Positions 23,264-34,809 of a stretch of 64,000 bases of DNA are shown here, in pieces. Origin of the DNA: Macrostomum hystrix. Its lineage: Eukaryota; Animalia; Platyhelminthes. The stretch lies in the NCBI GenBank assembly GCA_950097015.1, contig CATNEN010000002.1, positions 5,580,001 to 5,644,000 of the forward strand, written 5' to 3'. Within the stretch, counting starts at the first letter, position 1; every line of letters starts with the position of its first letter. The notes under the pieces were generated by a model. It ran no database searches, had not been told where the DNA came from, and worked only from the letters and a program-made list of their open reading frames with translations. The position numbers were made by a program, and so were the translations under genes.

Positions 23264-25017
23264 CGAGGGGTGTTTCAAAAGTAACGAGAATTTAGTCATA
23301 ACTTTTTAATAGATAAACTTTTTAACTTGAAATTTTTACCCGATAATTTTGCAAATATGGACAGCACACAGCTTCAGTTGCAACCCTGTCGGTCTACATG
23401 CACCAGTGAAATCGCACATTGAAGTCCAGACCTCGAGATTAAAAATTACGATTTTTGTCTGTGGAAAATAGTGAACAGGTGAACGTGTTTGTTGTGTCAA
23501 AAATCAGCGCCTTCGTCCATTTCTTCAGCGATTTCAGCACGCTCCACAAAGCTGCCATCGAGCTGGATACACTTCTCATAGCGATGCAGCAGTTTGTCGA
23601 TTCCCTCCCCCCAAAAACTCGCAGGCAGCGCATGGAGAGATTCGTTGGCCGCCGCAATGACTTCCTGTCGACTGGTGAAGACGCGACCTCGCATGGGCTT
23701 CTTCATTACTCCAAACAAGTGAAAGTCAGCAATGGCGAGGTCTGGTGAATAAGGTGGATGATTAAGCAGCCGAAAGCCGAGCTCTTCCACTTTCCTTGTG
23801 GTGGCCGCGGCGACGTGAGGGCGAGCGTTGTCCCACAAGATGAAGGGCCTGGCGCGCATGATGCGTCGCTTCTGGAGGATGACTTCACGCAGACGAGCAA
23901 CTTGATCTTGCACGTATGCAGCATTGATGGTGGCCTTGTCTGGCAGGTAGTCGACCATCAGAACCCCACAGGCCTCAAACCACATGGTGCACATGATGTT
24001 GCGTGTCCATGCCGACTTCATTGGCTTTGTGTGCGGCTGACGGCCCCTGGGCCCCCACTGCATGGACTGCTGCTTAGTCAGTGGATTAAACATTGGCAGT
24101 GGTGTCTCATCAATACTGATGAGAAGTCGTTTAAACTCCTGATCACCAAGTTGCTGCCACAACTGCAAGTTCTCCGTTGCACATTGAATTCGCTTTCTTT
24201 TGTGGTCCAGGGTCAACTCACGCGGCACCCACTTGGCACAGACTCTCGACCAGTTTATTTCCTTGAGGATGCGGCTCACAGAAGCAATGGAGATGCTACA
24301 GACCTCCTCAACTTCACGCAATGTGGCAGAAGGATTGGCGCAGAGGTAATCACGGACAATCTGTTTGCTGTTGTCATCCGTTGACGTGCGGGGGCGACCT
24401 GACCTCGGCGCGTCACCACATCCTGTAGCACCCTCGCGGAACGCCTTGCAGTGAGCATAAACCCGCGCTTGCGATAGTGCCTGATCTCCAAATGCCTGGT
24501 TCAGGTCCCGAGCGATATCGCATGGCTTCTTTCCAAGTTGAACCAGACCAGCGATAAAATGCCGTTGTCCTTCCTTTGATCCAATTTCTGAATGATCTTT
24601 CGGTCGTTCCATAGTCTCACTTGAAAGCACTTTTCAGTCAAGTCTCTCAGTCAAGCATTTGCAATTTTGAGCAGCCTATGCAGCTTAAAAAACAAAAATT
24701 CCTAGGCAACTTTGCCCATAAACAGCAGACACCGGAGACAGTATCAGAAGCAGCTGAGTGCATCAGCAGCATCATTAGCAGTTTTCAAGTTCTAAGCAAG
24801 TTCTCAGGTAAATAGACCACAGACAAAAATCGTAATTTTTTATCTCGAGGTCTGGACTTTAATGTGAGATTTCACTAGTGCATGTAGAGCGATAGAGTTG
24901 CAACTGAAGCTGTGTGCTGTCCATATTTGCAAAATTATCGGGTAAAAATTTCAAGTTAAAAAGTTTATCCATTAAAAAGTTAGGACTAAATTCTCGTTAC
25001 TTTTGAAACACCCCTCG
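23264..25017 (-). mobile_element. mariner (DD34D) DNA transposon with ~201-bp TIRs
   Basis: TA TSD at 23262-23263 and 25018-25019; TIRs 23264-23464 and 24817-25017 starting CGAGGGGTGTTTCAAAAG. Confidence 0.95.
23497..24612 (-). CDS. mariner transposase, intact (~371 aa from ATG 24612)
   Basis: N-terminal HTH region, WVPREL, SIDET, WDNA, HPPYSPDLAIADF; 34 residues between the second and third Asp. Confidence 0.93.
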   Translation of the reverse strand: MERPKDHSEIGSKEGQRHFIAGLVQLGKKPCDIARDLNQAFGDQALSQARVYAHCKAFREGATGCGDAPRSGRPRTSTDDNSKQIVRDYLCANPSATLREVEEVCSISIASVSRILKEINWSRVCAKWVPRELTLDHKRKRIQCATENLQLWQQLGDQEFKRLLISIDETPLPMFNPLTKQQSMQWGPRGRQPHTKPMKSAWTRNIMCTMWFEACGVLMVDYLPDKATINAAYVQDQVARLREVILQKRRIMRARPFILWDNARPHVAAATTRKVEELGFRLLNHPPYSPDLAIADFHLFGVMKKPMRGRVFTSRQEVIAAANESLHALPASFWGEGIDKLLHRYEKCIQLDGSFVERAEIAEEMDEGADF

Positions 25018-27301
25018 TATATATACTCAGAGAAATATTGCAGACTATATAGTTTGACTTAAACAAAAGTACATCTACAATACAGTGAGTGCGGCTGACA
25101 GCTCTGACAGTTCTGTGTTGAGCTTGTCGGCAGTGAAATTTCAAATTGATTCGGTTTAAATTTGAGCAACAGATTAAACATGTTTGATTTATGGCCCTGT
25201 GCAAATCAGCTAAGGGGCAATGAAAGGAAGTAGCTGAAAAGCGTTGAGAACACTACCGCATGGAATAGTAAATACTGAAATAGAGAAGATTTATAGGGGA
25301 AGATAGTCAGGGAAGAAAGACAGGGGAATAAAGACAGAAGAAAGACAGGTAAGAAAAACAGGAGAATAAAGACAGGTTAGAAAGACAGGGAATAATGAAA
25401 GGGAAGAAAGACAGGGGAATAAAGACATGGGAAAGAAAGACAGGGGAAGGTTGACATTGCAGATTGACAGGGAAGAAGGGAAGCGAGTATAGATAGCCAT
25501 GAGAGACATGTATAGGATAGACAGGGAAGATACACAGGAATGGATGAACGGGGAAAAGTCTATATCAAAGAGGACATGCAGTTTTAAACGCGTGAATGGT
25601 GCATTGTCCAGCCAAGATGATAAACAAATCACAAAGACGCGTAATTAAATTGCAATCACTTGTTGCAGAAAAAGCGCTGCTAAAAGCTCAGGTTAAATCT
25701 GAAAGATAATTCTTACTAATAAAATCTGATAGACCTTTCCAATTACCTGAAGTTTGTCTCGAACTCAAATTTAGTCTAATTCATAGCTGCAAGGCCACGC
25801 TTGGCAACACTTAAAAGGGATGTTTTTTCTTCTACTCGTAGTGTGTATCTTCTTTCCTTCCCAATCCCGGCCTTGAATTATCTCTGCCTCCTTCGCGTGC
25901 CGGTCAAGTTCTGAGCTGCGCCCTCTCTCAATTTCAACCGGCAATTTGGTGGCTCCCATTCTAGGAGAGCTTGAGAGCGAGAAAAGAAATTTTAGCTTCT
26001 GTGTAGAGAAGAACCGAGAGTTCTTTTCATTTCACTCGCCTAACCCAACCTCTACACATTCTGAAGTTCAGTCACGTGACCAGTAAGATTGAACATTGGA
26101 GCAGGCTTTTCTTTGAAAACAAGGTTTAGGCTTGTACTTTAACGCTATCTGTAAAATAGCCCTATATTTAAGGCTATTCAAATTCAAATCTTGTTCGTAA
26201 CTCAATAATATAAAATTATAGTTCGAAATAAATCTTAGAGAATCGCAAGTTCAGGGTGTACCGCACGTATGCGAGCTAGGGGCTGAGGCCCTGCAACAGT
26301 GTAAATTTTAAGAAGTTGAAAATACGCTCGTAAAATGTATTGAAGAAGACCTCTTGTCGAGAAGAACGACGAAGAGAACGATAATTCGAGCCAACAAATA
26401 AACCCGGACCAAGCGGACCAATCAAATCTCAGATAGAATCGAGGAGGTGTTAAACCCGCTGGGCTTGATAAAGGAGGCGTCAAAGTTGGGGTGTTAGAAA
26501 ATAAAACTAGAGCCACGTAGCTAGCCAATCAAAACGCAGAAAGCTTATCAGAGGCACTAAAACCTTAAAGACTTCTGACTGTTAGACTTCTGAGTGTTCG
26601 GGGCTTAGATAATTGATAAAGTTGTATATTTAATTAAGGCAATAAAAAATGTAATTCAAGTGGGGTGATGCTGTGGGTAAGTAATTAGAATTGGTAATTA
26701 GAAGTGTTAAAATATATACTGTATCACTTATCAATAGTTATCATGGTGAACTTAGGAACTTCGCTAAGTCAAGCGAAAGGCCGGAAGCAGCATTAACAGC
26801 AGTAACCACATTATTCTAATTAATCTCAGTTGCTAATTCATCTCAATTCGATGGCTCCGTTCTCAACAGTCCCCTCACCTATCTTGCGGGCCAGGAATGC
26901 TTGAGTGAGTCCGCATTAAAGAAGGATCTAAAGTTCTAAATTTAGGCAGTGGCATGGCCCCGGCCCATAGGCAACACTGGCTCCGCCCTTCCCAGGAAAA
27001 AATCATCGAAAGGACGGGCAAGAGTCCCAGGCCCCAAACCAAAGCGGGAGCCAATTAATGTAACATGCGCCAGGCCATTACCCTGTAATGAATCTTTAGT
27101 ATGGGCGATCTGCAGCGTTTTTGTCGAAAGATGCCACAAACGCTGGAAAAGAGACTTTTTAGAGCCGCTCTTGGCGCATCTCATGTCTGCGTCATTGTGA
27201 TGCCCTCAAGCTCCCTCCTGTCTCTCCCATCTATATTACCATCACTTCCTGGTTCTACAATGCATGTCACTGCCTAAATTTGGCCATCCAATTGTTCATA
27301 G

Positions 27302-28227
27302 CAGGGGTCGGCAAACTCCGGCCCGTGGGCCAGATGCGGCACTCGAAGCTCCCAAGTCCGGCCCGTTGCCCCTTCCTCATACAGTAACCTGTCTCATCTT
27401 TCCCCTGTCTCACCCCTCCCCTGTCTCGCCTATCCCGTGTCTCATCTCTCACCTCTCTCATCTCTCCCCTGTCTCATCTATCCTGTGTCTCAACTCTCCC
27501 CTGTCTCATCTATCATGTATCTCGTCTATCATGTATCTCATCTATCATGTATCTCATCTATCATGTATCTCATCTATCATGTATCTCATCTATCCTGTGT
27601 CTCATCTATCATGTATCTCATCTATCCTGTATCTCATCTATCATGTATCTCATCTATCCTGTGTCTCATCTATCATGTATCTCATCTATCCTGTATCTCA
27701 TCTATCCTGTGTCTCATCTATCCTGTGTTTTATCTATCCTGTGTCTCATCTATCCTGTGTCTCATCTATCCTGTGTCTCAACTCTCCCCTGTCTCATCTA
27801 TCATGTATCTCATCTATCATGTATCTCATCTATCATGTATCTCATCTATCATGTATCTCATCTATCCTGTGTCTCATCTATCCTGTGTCTCATCTATCCT
27901 GTGTCTCATCTATCCTGTGTTTTATCTATCTTGTGTCTCATCTATCCTGTGTCTCATCTATCCTGTGTCTCAACTCTCCCCTGTCTCATCTATCATGTAT
28001 CTCATCTATCCTGTGTCTCATCTATCCTGTGTCTCATCTATCCTGTGTCTCAACTCTCCCCTGTCTCATCTATCATGTATCTCATCTATCGTGTGTCTCA
28101 TCTATCCTGTGTCTCATCTATCCTGTGTTTTATCTATCTTGTGTCTCATTCCTACAGTCAATGCGGCCCGCTGTCGTCTTTTAGGTTCTCTCCGTCGCCC
28201 GCACGCTAAAAAGTAAGCTGACCGCTG
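27302..28227. mobile_element. Old hAT-Charlie-like MITE with an internal 16-bp minisatellite
   Basis: Left end CAGGGGTCGGCAAACTCCGGCCCGTGGGCC; right end reverse complement CAGCGGTCAGCTTAC; internal TGCGGCCCG motifs; flanks GTTCATAG and GTTTCTAG (6/8 TSD match). Confidence 0.55.
27390..28145. repeat. 16-bp minisatellite (TCTCATCTATCCTGTG / TCTCATCTATCATGTA)
   Basis: Inside the hAT-like MITE. Confidence 0.92.
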
Positions 28228-29059
28228 GTTTCTAGGCCCAGAAAAGTGCACAATTTCCTTTATTAGCTTCCCACTTGTTTAACCATGGAGACAAAGTTAG
28301 ATTTCGTGCCTCGTTGGCAGCTCTCTCAGGGATCTGCATTGTGATTGGCTGTCATTGGTGGTATTATGCTTTGCAGGGTCGAGATTCCGCTATACTGAGC
28401 TCTCATTATCTTCACGGCCGAACTAAAAAAACACGCGGAAACCCTGTTACAACAGAGGGGAGATTCGAGACAGAAGACAACTTGTCGAAGCGATGAGATG
28501 ACACCTATTTGTCATTAGCGACCGCCCACCATTGTCAAAAAACTGTTTCCATAGCAACCATGCATGCAGTTGGGGAAGCGCGCTAGAAATTCTGGCTGTG
28601 CACTAACGATGCGAAGAATGCATGGGGCTATAATCTATTTGTAGGCCCCGATTGGTGTAAGATGTGCAGAATGACTGTGGAGTCGGCAATTTTAAATTGG
28701 GTTAATCAGGTGCATTACATGAGACGAATAAGGAAGTGGCGGTTCGGTTTCAACTCCTCAGTTTCTCAAGCCACCTGCTCCCAATATGATCCGGTAATTG
28801 CTTAGTCCTCAGAGAGAAGGATGTGTGGAATCGTTCACAACTTCCCGAAATGCTTTGAACTCAATTTAGAATTTGCATTCCGAAGCACATTGGCCTCAAA
28901 TTTCATAAACATTAAGAAGTACAGCATAGTTGGGTGTAAATGTAAGGAGTCTGAACTTATATTTCATCCTGCTGACCCTCCACTATTGCATTGTGTATGT
29001 GCACCTTGAGCAACGAACTCATTATAACCCCTGGTCCTCTCAACAGTTCCCCATATGCA

Positions 29060-29800
29060 TCACATTTAACCTCACCTTTAGCCCCTTTATCTCCCCTCTA
29101 TTCCCCTCCCTTCGTCACTCTCCCCTCTATTCCCCTCCCTTCGTCTCTCTCCCCTCTATTCCCCTCCCTTCGTCTCTCTCCCCTCCGTCTCTCTCCCTCT
29201 GTCTCTCTCCCCTCCGTCTCTCTCCCCTCCGTCTCTCTCCCCTCCGTCTCTCTCCCCTCCGTCTCTCTCCCCTCCGTCTCTCTCCCCTCCGTCTCTCTCC
29301 CCTCCATCTCTCTCCTCTCCGTCTCTCTCCCCTCCGTCTCTCTCCCCTCCGTCTCTCTCCCCTCCGTCTCTCTCCCCTCCGTCTCTCTCCTCTCCGTCTC
29401 TCTCCTCTCCGTCTCTCTCCCCTCCGTCTCTCTCCCCTCCGTCTCTCTCCCCTCCGTCTCTCTCCCCTCCGTCTCTCTCCCCTCCGTCTCTCTCCCCTCC
29501 GTCTCTCTCCCCTCCGTCTCTCTCCCCTCCGTCTCTCTCCCCTCCGTCTCTCTCCCCTCCGTCTCTCTCCCCTCCGTCTCTCTCCCCTCCGTCTCTCTCC
29601 CCTCCGTCTCTCTCCCCTCCGTCTCTCTCCCCTCCGTCTCTCTCCCCTCCGTCTCTCTCCCCTCCATCTCTCTCCTCTCCGTCTCTCTCCCCTCCGTCTC
29701 TCTTCCCTCCGTCTCTCTCCCTTCGGTCTCTGCAGTCCCCTCGGTCTCTTTTCTCTCCGTCTCTCTCCCCTCGGTCTCTCTCCTTTCGTTGCTCTCTTCT
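29060..29800. repeat. 15-bp pyrimidine minisatellite (CCGTCTCTCTCCCCT)
   Basis: In globin intron 1. Confidence 0.94.
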
Positions 29801-30239
29801 TTATCTCCCTCTAAAAACACTTGGAGTTCCCATCAAGAAACGGACACCTGTTCGATCATTGGGTGGTTCGGTCTGTTTGGATTGAGCTAATATCGACCTC
29901 ACGACCTGTACCTGGTGGGAGGGAGGACAGTGCTAAGCTGCAACCCCAAAAAGCACCATTGCGTGCCGCCTGCAGGCATATCACGGTGCATCGATTGTTG
30001 TATATCGCATTTTCAGCTTCTGCTCGTATTTCCATTGGAGATTACAGCAGCAACAAAGGGAGTTTCGTGTATTCTAGGAAACATAATATTATATCTCACC
30101 TTTTACGCATCAATGTCTGACTTTGAATGACACGGAATGAGATATTTGTTTGTTTGAGTGGTCTTAGAAAATTTGGGATCATGGAGAAGGGTAGCGGGGA
30201 ACAGTGCACGATGCGATGGTTCAATTTGTTGAAACTATG

Positions 30240-33200
30240 TGTCATGCCGTAGTCTACTAGCACTCACGTATCGCTTTGCCGGTCAATCTAATATGTACAT
30301 ACATCACAAACTCTCGCTCACTATGTACATGCCCCCCACGCGCACGTTGATCGTATCGGTTGCACGTTGAGGCAAATATATAAATACTGTCTCGCCCTAC
30401 TTGGAGGGCTCACCTTTTTCTTCGCACCTCACACAGCTTGACTCTTGAGCTATTACATTGGCGTCGCAAGGCCGAACCATGGCCTTCCTACAACTGCCTC
30501 CACCAGCCCACTTTAGCATCAGAGACGACCCTCACTCTGTAAGCAAGCGCTGGCAGGAGTGGTCGACCAACCTTCTGCGGTACCTGGCGGCAACCGGCAT
30601 CAAAGATGAGACGCAGAAACGCCAGATCCTTCTGTATACGGCAGGCAAAGAAGTGAGCGACCTGTACAACGAGATCGCCACCCAGTCGCAGCAACAAGAA
30701 GGCGAGCCCGCAGCCGAGCCCACGGTCGACCAGCTGATCGCACAGTTCAGCACGCACTTCCAAGGCCGCGATAACGTCGTCTTCATTCGATACCAGTTTC
30801 GCCACTGTCTCCAGGAAGAAGGCGAATCCATAGACGCTTGGCACAGCAGACTGTGGAGCGCCTCGGAAGCCTGCAAGTTCGAGGGTCTCCGCCAGTCGCT
30901 CATCAGGGACCAAATCGTGGCCAGCTGTCGCAGCGAGTCACTGAGGAAGCGCCTGCTAAATATCCCCAACATCAGCCTGTCGGACACTCTCCAGCTGGCC
31001 AGGACGCACGAGGCAGCAGAGAAGCAGGCGGCCATCATGACCAGGACAGCGGCAGCCTCTGACGAAGTGGCGCATCTGCGCCGCCAGCGCCACCCGCTGC
31101 CGGAACCTTCGCGTGAGTCGCAGCAATTTGCTAAGTGCATCCGGTGCGGCGAGCTGGGCCACAAGAGCTGCAGCAGGGCGCAAGGCAAGCGATGCAGCAG
31201 CTGCGGCAAGGCCAACCATCTGGCCAAGGCCTGCCTCAGCAGCCGCTCGAAGATTAACTCACTGCAGCCCGAGCAGGACCAGTCAGCCGACCAACAACCC
31301 AACGAGGTGTTCTGCACGCTCAGCGGCAAGGACGACAGCGCCAAGTTCGTCATCAGAATCAACGGCAGTCCGGTCCGCACACTGATCGACAGCGGAGCGA
31401 GCTGCAACGTGTTGGACATGGCGACGTTCCACAGAATCTGCCGGCCCGGCACGCCGCTTTCGCCGTCCAGCACCACAGTCTTTGCGCTTGGTGCCAGCGA
31501 GCCACTGAAGACAGCCGGCCAAACAACGCTCACTGTCAGAGCGAACCACCGCGAATTGCAGGCCAATTTCATCGTCATCAGCAGCAACTGCACACCGATT
31601 CTCGGAAGATCGTCCAGCACAAAGCTCGGCATGCTGAGAGTCGGACCTGAAGTCAGCACGAACTCTGCGGTGGTGGCCAGCCTAGCTAAGCCGGCCAGCA
31701 GTGAGGACCAGCACCTGCCCAAGCAGCTGCAACTTCAGACAATCCTGGCGGAATTCAGCGACTGCTTTCAAGGCATCGGATGCGTGAAGGGAGTCAGCGT
31801 CACTATCAGGCTCAGGCCGGATGCCACTCCAGTATGCCAGCCGCCATCCCGAGTGCCCGTTCACCTAAGGAATGCTGTAATCAAGGAGCTGGAAGATCAA
31901 CTGGCACTGGGAATCGTCGAACGAGTGCGTGGTCCAACAGCCTGGTGCTCCAGGATGGTCGCAGTTCCAAAGGCCGAGCAGGGCGAGGTTCGCATCACCC
32001 AGGACCTCCGCGAGGTGAACAAGTACGTCATCCCAGAGAAGCAGCCTATACCCACATTCGAAGAGGTGACGGACGAGATGGCGGGCGCGACTTATTTCTC
32101 GGAGCTGGACGTCGCCAAAGCCTTCCACCAAATTGAAGTCGCCGAGGAGTCTAGAGACCTGCTAACGTTCTCCTCACCCATCGGGCTCCTGCGGCTGCGC
32201 CGGCTCTGCATGGGCTTCACATCCGCCTCCGAGATCCTCCAGCGGGTGATGACCTCCGTCCTGAGTGGCCTCCCCGGCGTCCGCTGGGTGCACGACGACA
32301 TCCTGGTGTACGCGAAAAACATTGAAGAGCACAACCAGCGCCTGCGAGACTGCCTGGCCCGGTTGAAGGCTAGCAACATCACGTTGAACCCCAAGAAGTG
32401 CCGCTTCGCCCGGCCAGAGGTCGACTTTCTCGCCATGCGGCTCTCTGCATGCGGCATTCACCCAAGCGCCGAGAAAGTAGCGGCCATCAACAACTTCAAG
32501 CGGCCGACCAACGCAACCGAGGTGCGCTCCTTCCTCGGCCTCGTCACCTTCGTGGCGCGCTTCATCAGCAACCTGTCTGACAGGGCCCGGCCACTCCGCG
32601 AGCTGACAAGGCAGGCCGCCGAGTGGACGTGGGGCGAAAAGCAAGAGGCCGCATTCAACGACATCAAACAGACGATCGCCAGCAGCCACGCGCTGGCATT
32701 CTTCAATAGTGAGCTGCAGACTCAGCTGATCGTGGACGCCAGCCCCACGGGTGTCGGCGCCATCCTTGCCCAAGTCCAGCCAGACGGATCGACACGGCCG
32801 GTGGCATACGCGAGCCGCAGCCTCAGCCCGACCGAGCAGCGCTACTCCCAGACGGAGCGAGAGGCCCTCGCGGTGAAGTACGGCGGCCTGAAGTTCTACC
32901 ACTACCTCAGCGGGGGTGGCAGTTTCAAGGTCATCACCGACCACAAGCCGCTGATATCCCTGTTCAGCACGGGGTCTCGGCCGCCACCCCGCATTGAGCG
33001 CATGGCGCTGCGACTGCAAGACCTTGTCTTTCGGGTCGTGTACCAGCCCGGCGCCGGCAACCCGTCTGACGTCCTGAGCCGCCAGCCGCTGCCAATGCCA
33101 CCAAACAACGTCGGCGAGCAGGCGGACGCGATCTACGTGGCCACGGCAGTCCAAGCTGCCACTCCGGTGTCCATCAGCCTGGGCACAATCAAGGCGGCCT

Positions 33201-34794
33201 CCGAACGAGACGGCACGGTACAAGCAGCGCTACACGCCATCCGCGGCCACCAATGGGACAAGAGTGACACGTGCCTGCAGGGACTCCATGGCGTATCCCA
33301 CGAACTATCCGAGCTGAACGGCCTGCTGCTGCGCGGCAGTCAGCTGTACATGCCGACGACTCTGCGATACCGGTGCATGCAGCTGGCCCACCAGGGACAC
33401 CAGGGCGTCAAAAAAACGCTCGACCGCCTGCAAGCGAAGGTCTGGTGGCCAGGCATGCGAGCATCCGTCGAGGCGCACGTAGCAGCCTGCACCAGCTGCC
33501 TGACCTGCACCAGCGAGACCTCGCCGAAAGCCACGCCGCTAAAGCCGACCGAACTGCCGGAGGGCCCCTGGCTCGAGCTGGGGCTCGACTTCCTCGGACC
33601 GATAAACGGCAAGTCGCTGCTCGTCTGTACGGACCACTTCTCCAGGTTCCCGCTCGTGGAGGTCATGGCCAGCACCACCGCCTCCGCCGTCATCAACGTG
33701 CTACGCCGGTGGTTTAGCATCTTCGGGCAGCCGACAAAGGTGACCACAGACAATGGCCCACCCTTCGCATCGGCCGAGTTCAGCAGCTTCCTGATGGATC
33801 AGGGCGCACGGCACCATCGGATCACGCCTCTCTACCCTCAGGCCAACGGCGCAACGGAGCGGTGCAATCAAGGGCTGAACAAGGCTATCCGCGCAGCGAT
33901 CGTCGAAGGCAGGGACTGGACACTGGCCCTGGACGAGTACCTGGCAGCGTACAGACGCACTCCGCACTGCTCCACGGGCGTCGCGCCGGCCAGTCTGTTA
34001 TTTGGCAGGCAGATCAACGATGTGATCCCGAGTCTCCGACACTCGCAGCCCGTCGACGCGACTCGAGCGGCCATTGCCGACAGCGACAGCCAGGCCAAGG
34101 AGGCTATGAAGCGGCACGCCGACCGACGCTTCAGAGCCGCCGACCACGGCATTCGCGCCGGCGACCGCGTCCTCAGACGCCAGCAGTCCCGGCAAAAGAC
34201 CGACGCCTTCTACGAGTCGGCGCCGTGGACCGTGGCCGAGGTGCAAGGCGACTCCCTGCTCATGCAGCGCGACGACGCCGTCTGCCGCAGGCACGCCACG
34301 CAGGTCAAGCGGCTGCCCAGGCAGCCTGAGCAGTCCGATCAGCAGCCGCTCGAACCTCCCGACGCCCCTGAGCTCGCGGAGCCAGTCGCAGCCCGGCTCC
34401 ACCCACGGCGGGCGAAGGACCCAGAGAGGAACTACAGAGAACCCGACCTGCGCAGAAGCTGAATTGCTTGATTGACAGACTAAAGTTACAAGGACTGTTC
34501 TAAAAACAATTATATTGTTGCCTGCTACTACTTCTTTCATTTTATTCCCTTAATTTTTCATCCACTTGAGGAGGACTGTCATGCCGTAGTCTACTAGCAC
34601 TCACGTATCGCTTTGCCGGTCAATCTAATATGTACATACATCACAAACTCTCGCTCACTATGTACATGCCCCCCACGCGCACGTTGATCGTATCGGTTGC
34701 ACGTTGAGGCAAATATATAAATACTGTCTCGCCCTACTTGGAGGGCTCACCTTTTTCTTCGCACCTCACACAGCTTGACTCTTGAGCTATTACA
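30240..34794 (+). mobile_element. Full-length Ty3/Gypsy LTR retrotransposon (Mag-like) in globin intron 1
   Basis: LTRs 30240-30457 and 34577-34794 (218 bp, TG...CA, identical by inspection); 5-bp TSD CTATG at 30235-30239 and 34795-34799; PBS-like TGGCGTCGCAAG at 30459; PPT GAGGAGGA at 34568-34575. Confidence 0.97.
30479..34462 (+). CDS. Gag-Pol polyprotein, single ORF (~1327 aa)
   Basis: Cys/His knuckles (CIRCGELGH, CSSCGKANHLAKAC), protease LIDSGA, RT VHDD, RNase H DAS...TDHKPL, integrase HHCC and D-D35-E (DFLG, TDNG, ANGATER); Gypsy domain order PR-RT-RH-IN. Confidence 0.95.
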   Translation: MAFLQLPPPAHFSIRDDPHSVSKRWQEWSTNLLRYLAATGIKDETQKRQILLYTAGKEVSDLYNEIATQSQQQEGEPAAEPTVDQLIAQFSTHFQGRDNVVFIRYQFRHCLQEEGESIDAWHSRLWSASEACKFEGLRQSLIRDQIVASCRSESLRKRLLNIPNISLSDTLQLARTHEAAEKQAAIMTRTAAASDEVAHLRRQRHPLPEPSRESQQFAKCIRCGELGHKSCSRAQGKRCSSCGKANHLAKACLSSRSKINSLQPEQDQSADQQPNEVFCTLSGKDDSAKFVIRINGSPVRTLIDSGASCNVLDMATFHRICRPGTPLSPSSTTVFALGASEPLKTAGQTTLTVRANHRELQANFIVISSNCTPILGRSSSTKLGMLRVGPEVSTNSAVVASLAKPASSEDQHLPKQLQLQTILAEFSDCFQGIGCVKGVSVTIRLRPDATPVCQPPSRVPVHLRNAVIKELEDQLALGIVERVRGPTAWCSRMVAVPKAEQGEVRITQDLREVNKYVIPEKQPIPTFEEVTDEMAGATYFSELDVAKAFHQIEVAEESRDLLTFSSPIGLLRLRRLCMGFTSASEILQRVMTSVLSGLPGVRWVHDDILVYAKNIEEHNQRLRDCLARLKASNITLNPKKCRFARPEVDFLAMRLSACGIHPSAEKVAAINNFKRPTNATEVRSFLGLVTFVARFISNLSDRARPLRELTRQAAEWTWGEKQEAAFNDIKQTIASSHALAFFNSELQTQLIVDASPTGVGAILAQVQPDGSTRPVAYASRSLSPTEQRYSQTEREALAVKYGGLKFYHYLSGGGSFKVITDHKPLISLFSTGSRPPPRIERMALRLQDLVFRVVYQPGAGNPSDVLSRQPLPMPPNNVGEQADAIYVATAVQAATPVSISLGTIKAASERDGTVQAALHAIRGHQWDKSDTCLQGLHGVSHELSELNGLLLRGSQLYMPTTLRYRCMQLAHQGHQGVKKTLDRLQAKVWWPGMRASVEAHVAACTSCLTCTSETSPKATPLKPTELPEGPWLELGLDFLGPINGKSLLVCTDHFSRFPLVEVMASTTASAVINVLRRWFSIFGQPTKVTTDNGPPFASAEFSSFLMDQGARHHRITPLYPQANGATERCNQGLNKAIRAAIVEGRDWTLALDEYLAAYRRTPHCSTGVAPASLLFGRQINDVIPSLRHSQPVDATRAAIADSDSQAKEAMKRHADRRFRAADHGIRAGDRVLRRQQSRQKTDAFYESAPWTVAEVQGDSLLMQRDDAVCRRHATQVKRLPRQPEQSDQQPLEPPDAPELAEPVAARLHPRRAKDPERNYREPDLRRS

Positions 34795-34809
34795 CTATGA
34801 AGAGCTGGT

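Noticed and set aside
30488-34540. Antisense and alternate-frame ORFs over the Gypsy pol (and similarly over MED1)
   Set aside because: These are the expected shadows of GC-rich coding sequence and show no independent motifs.
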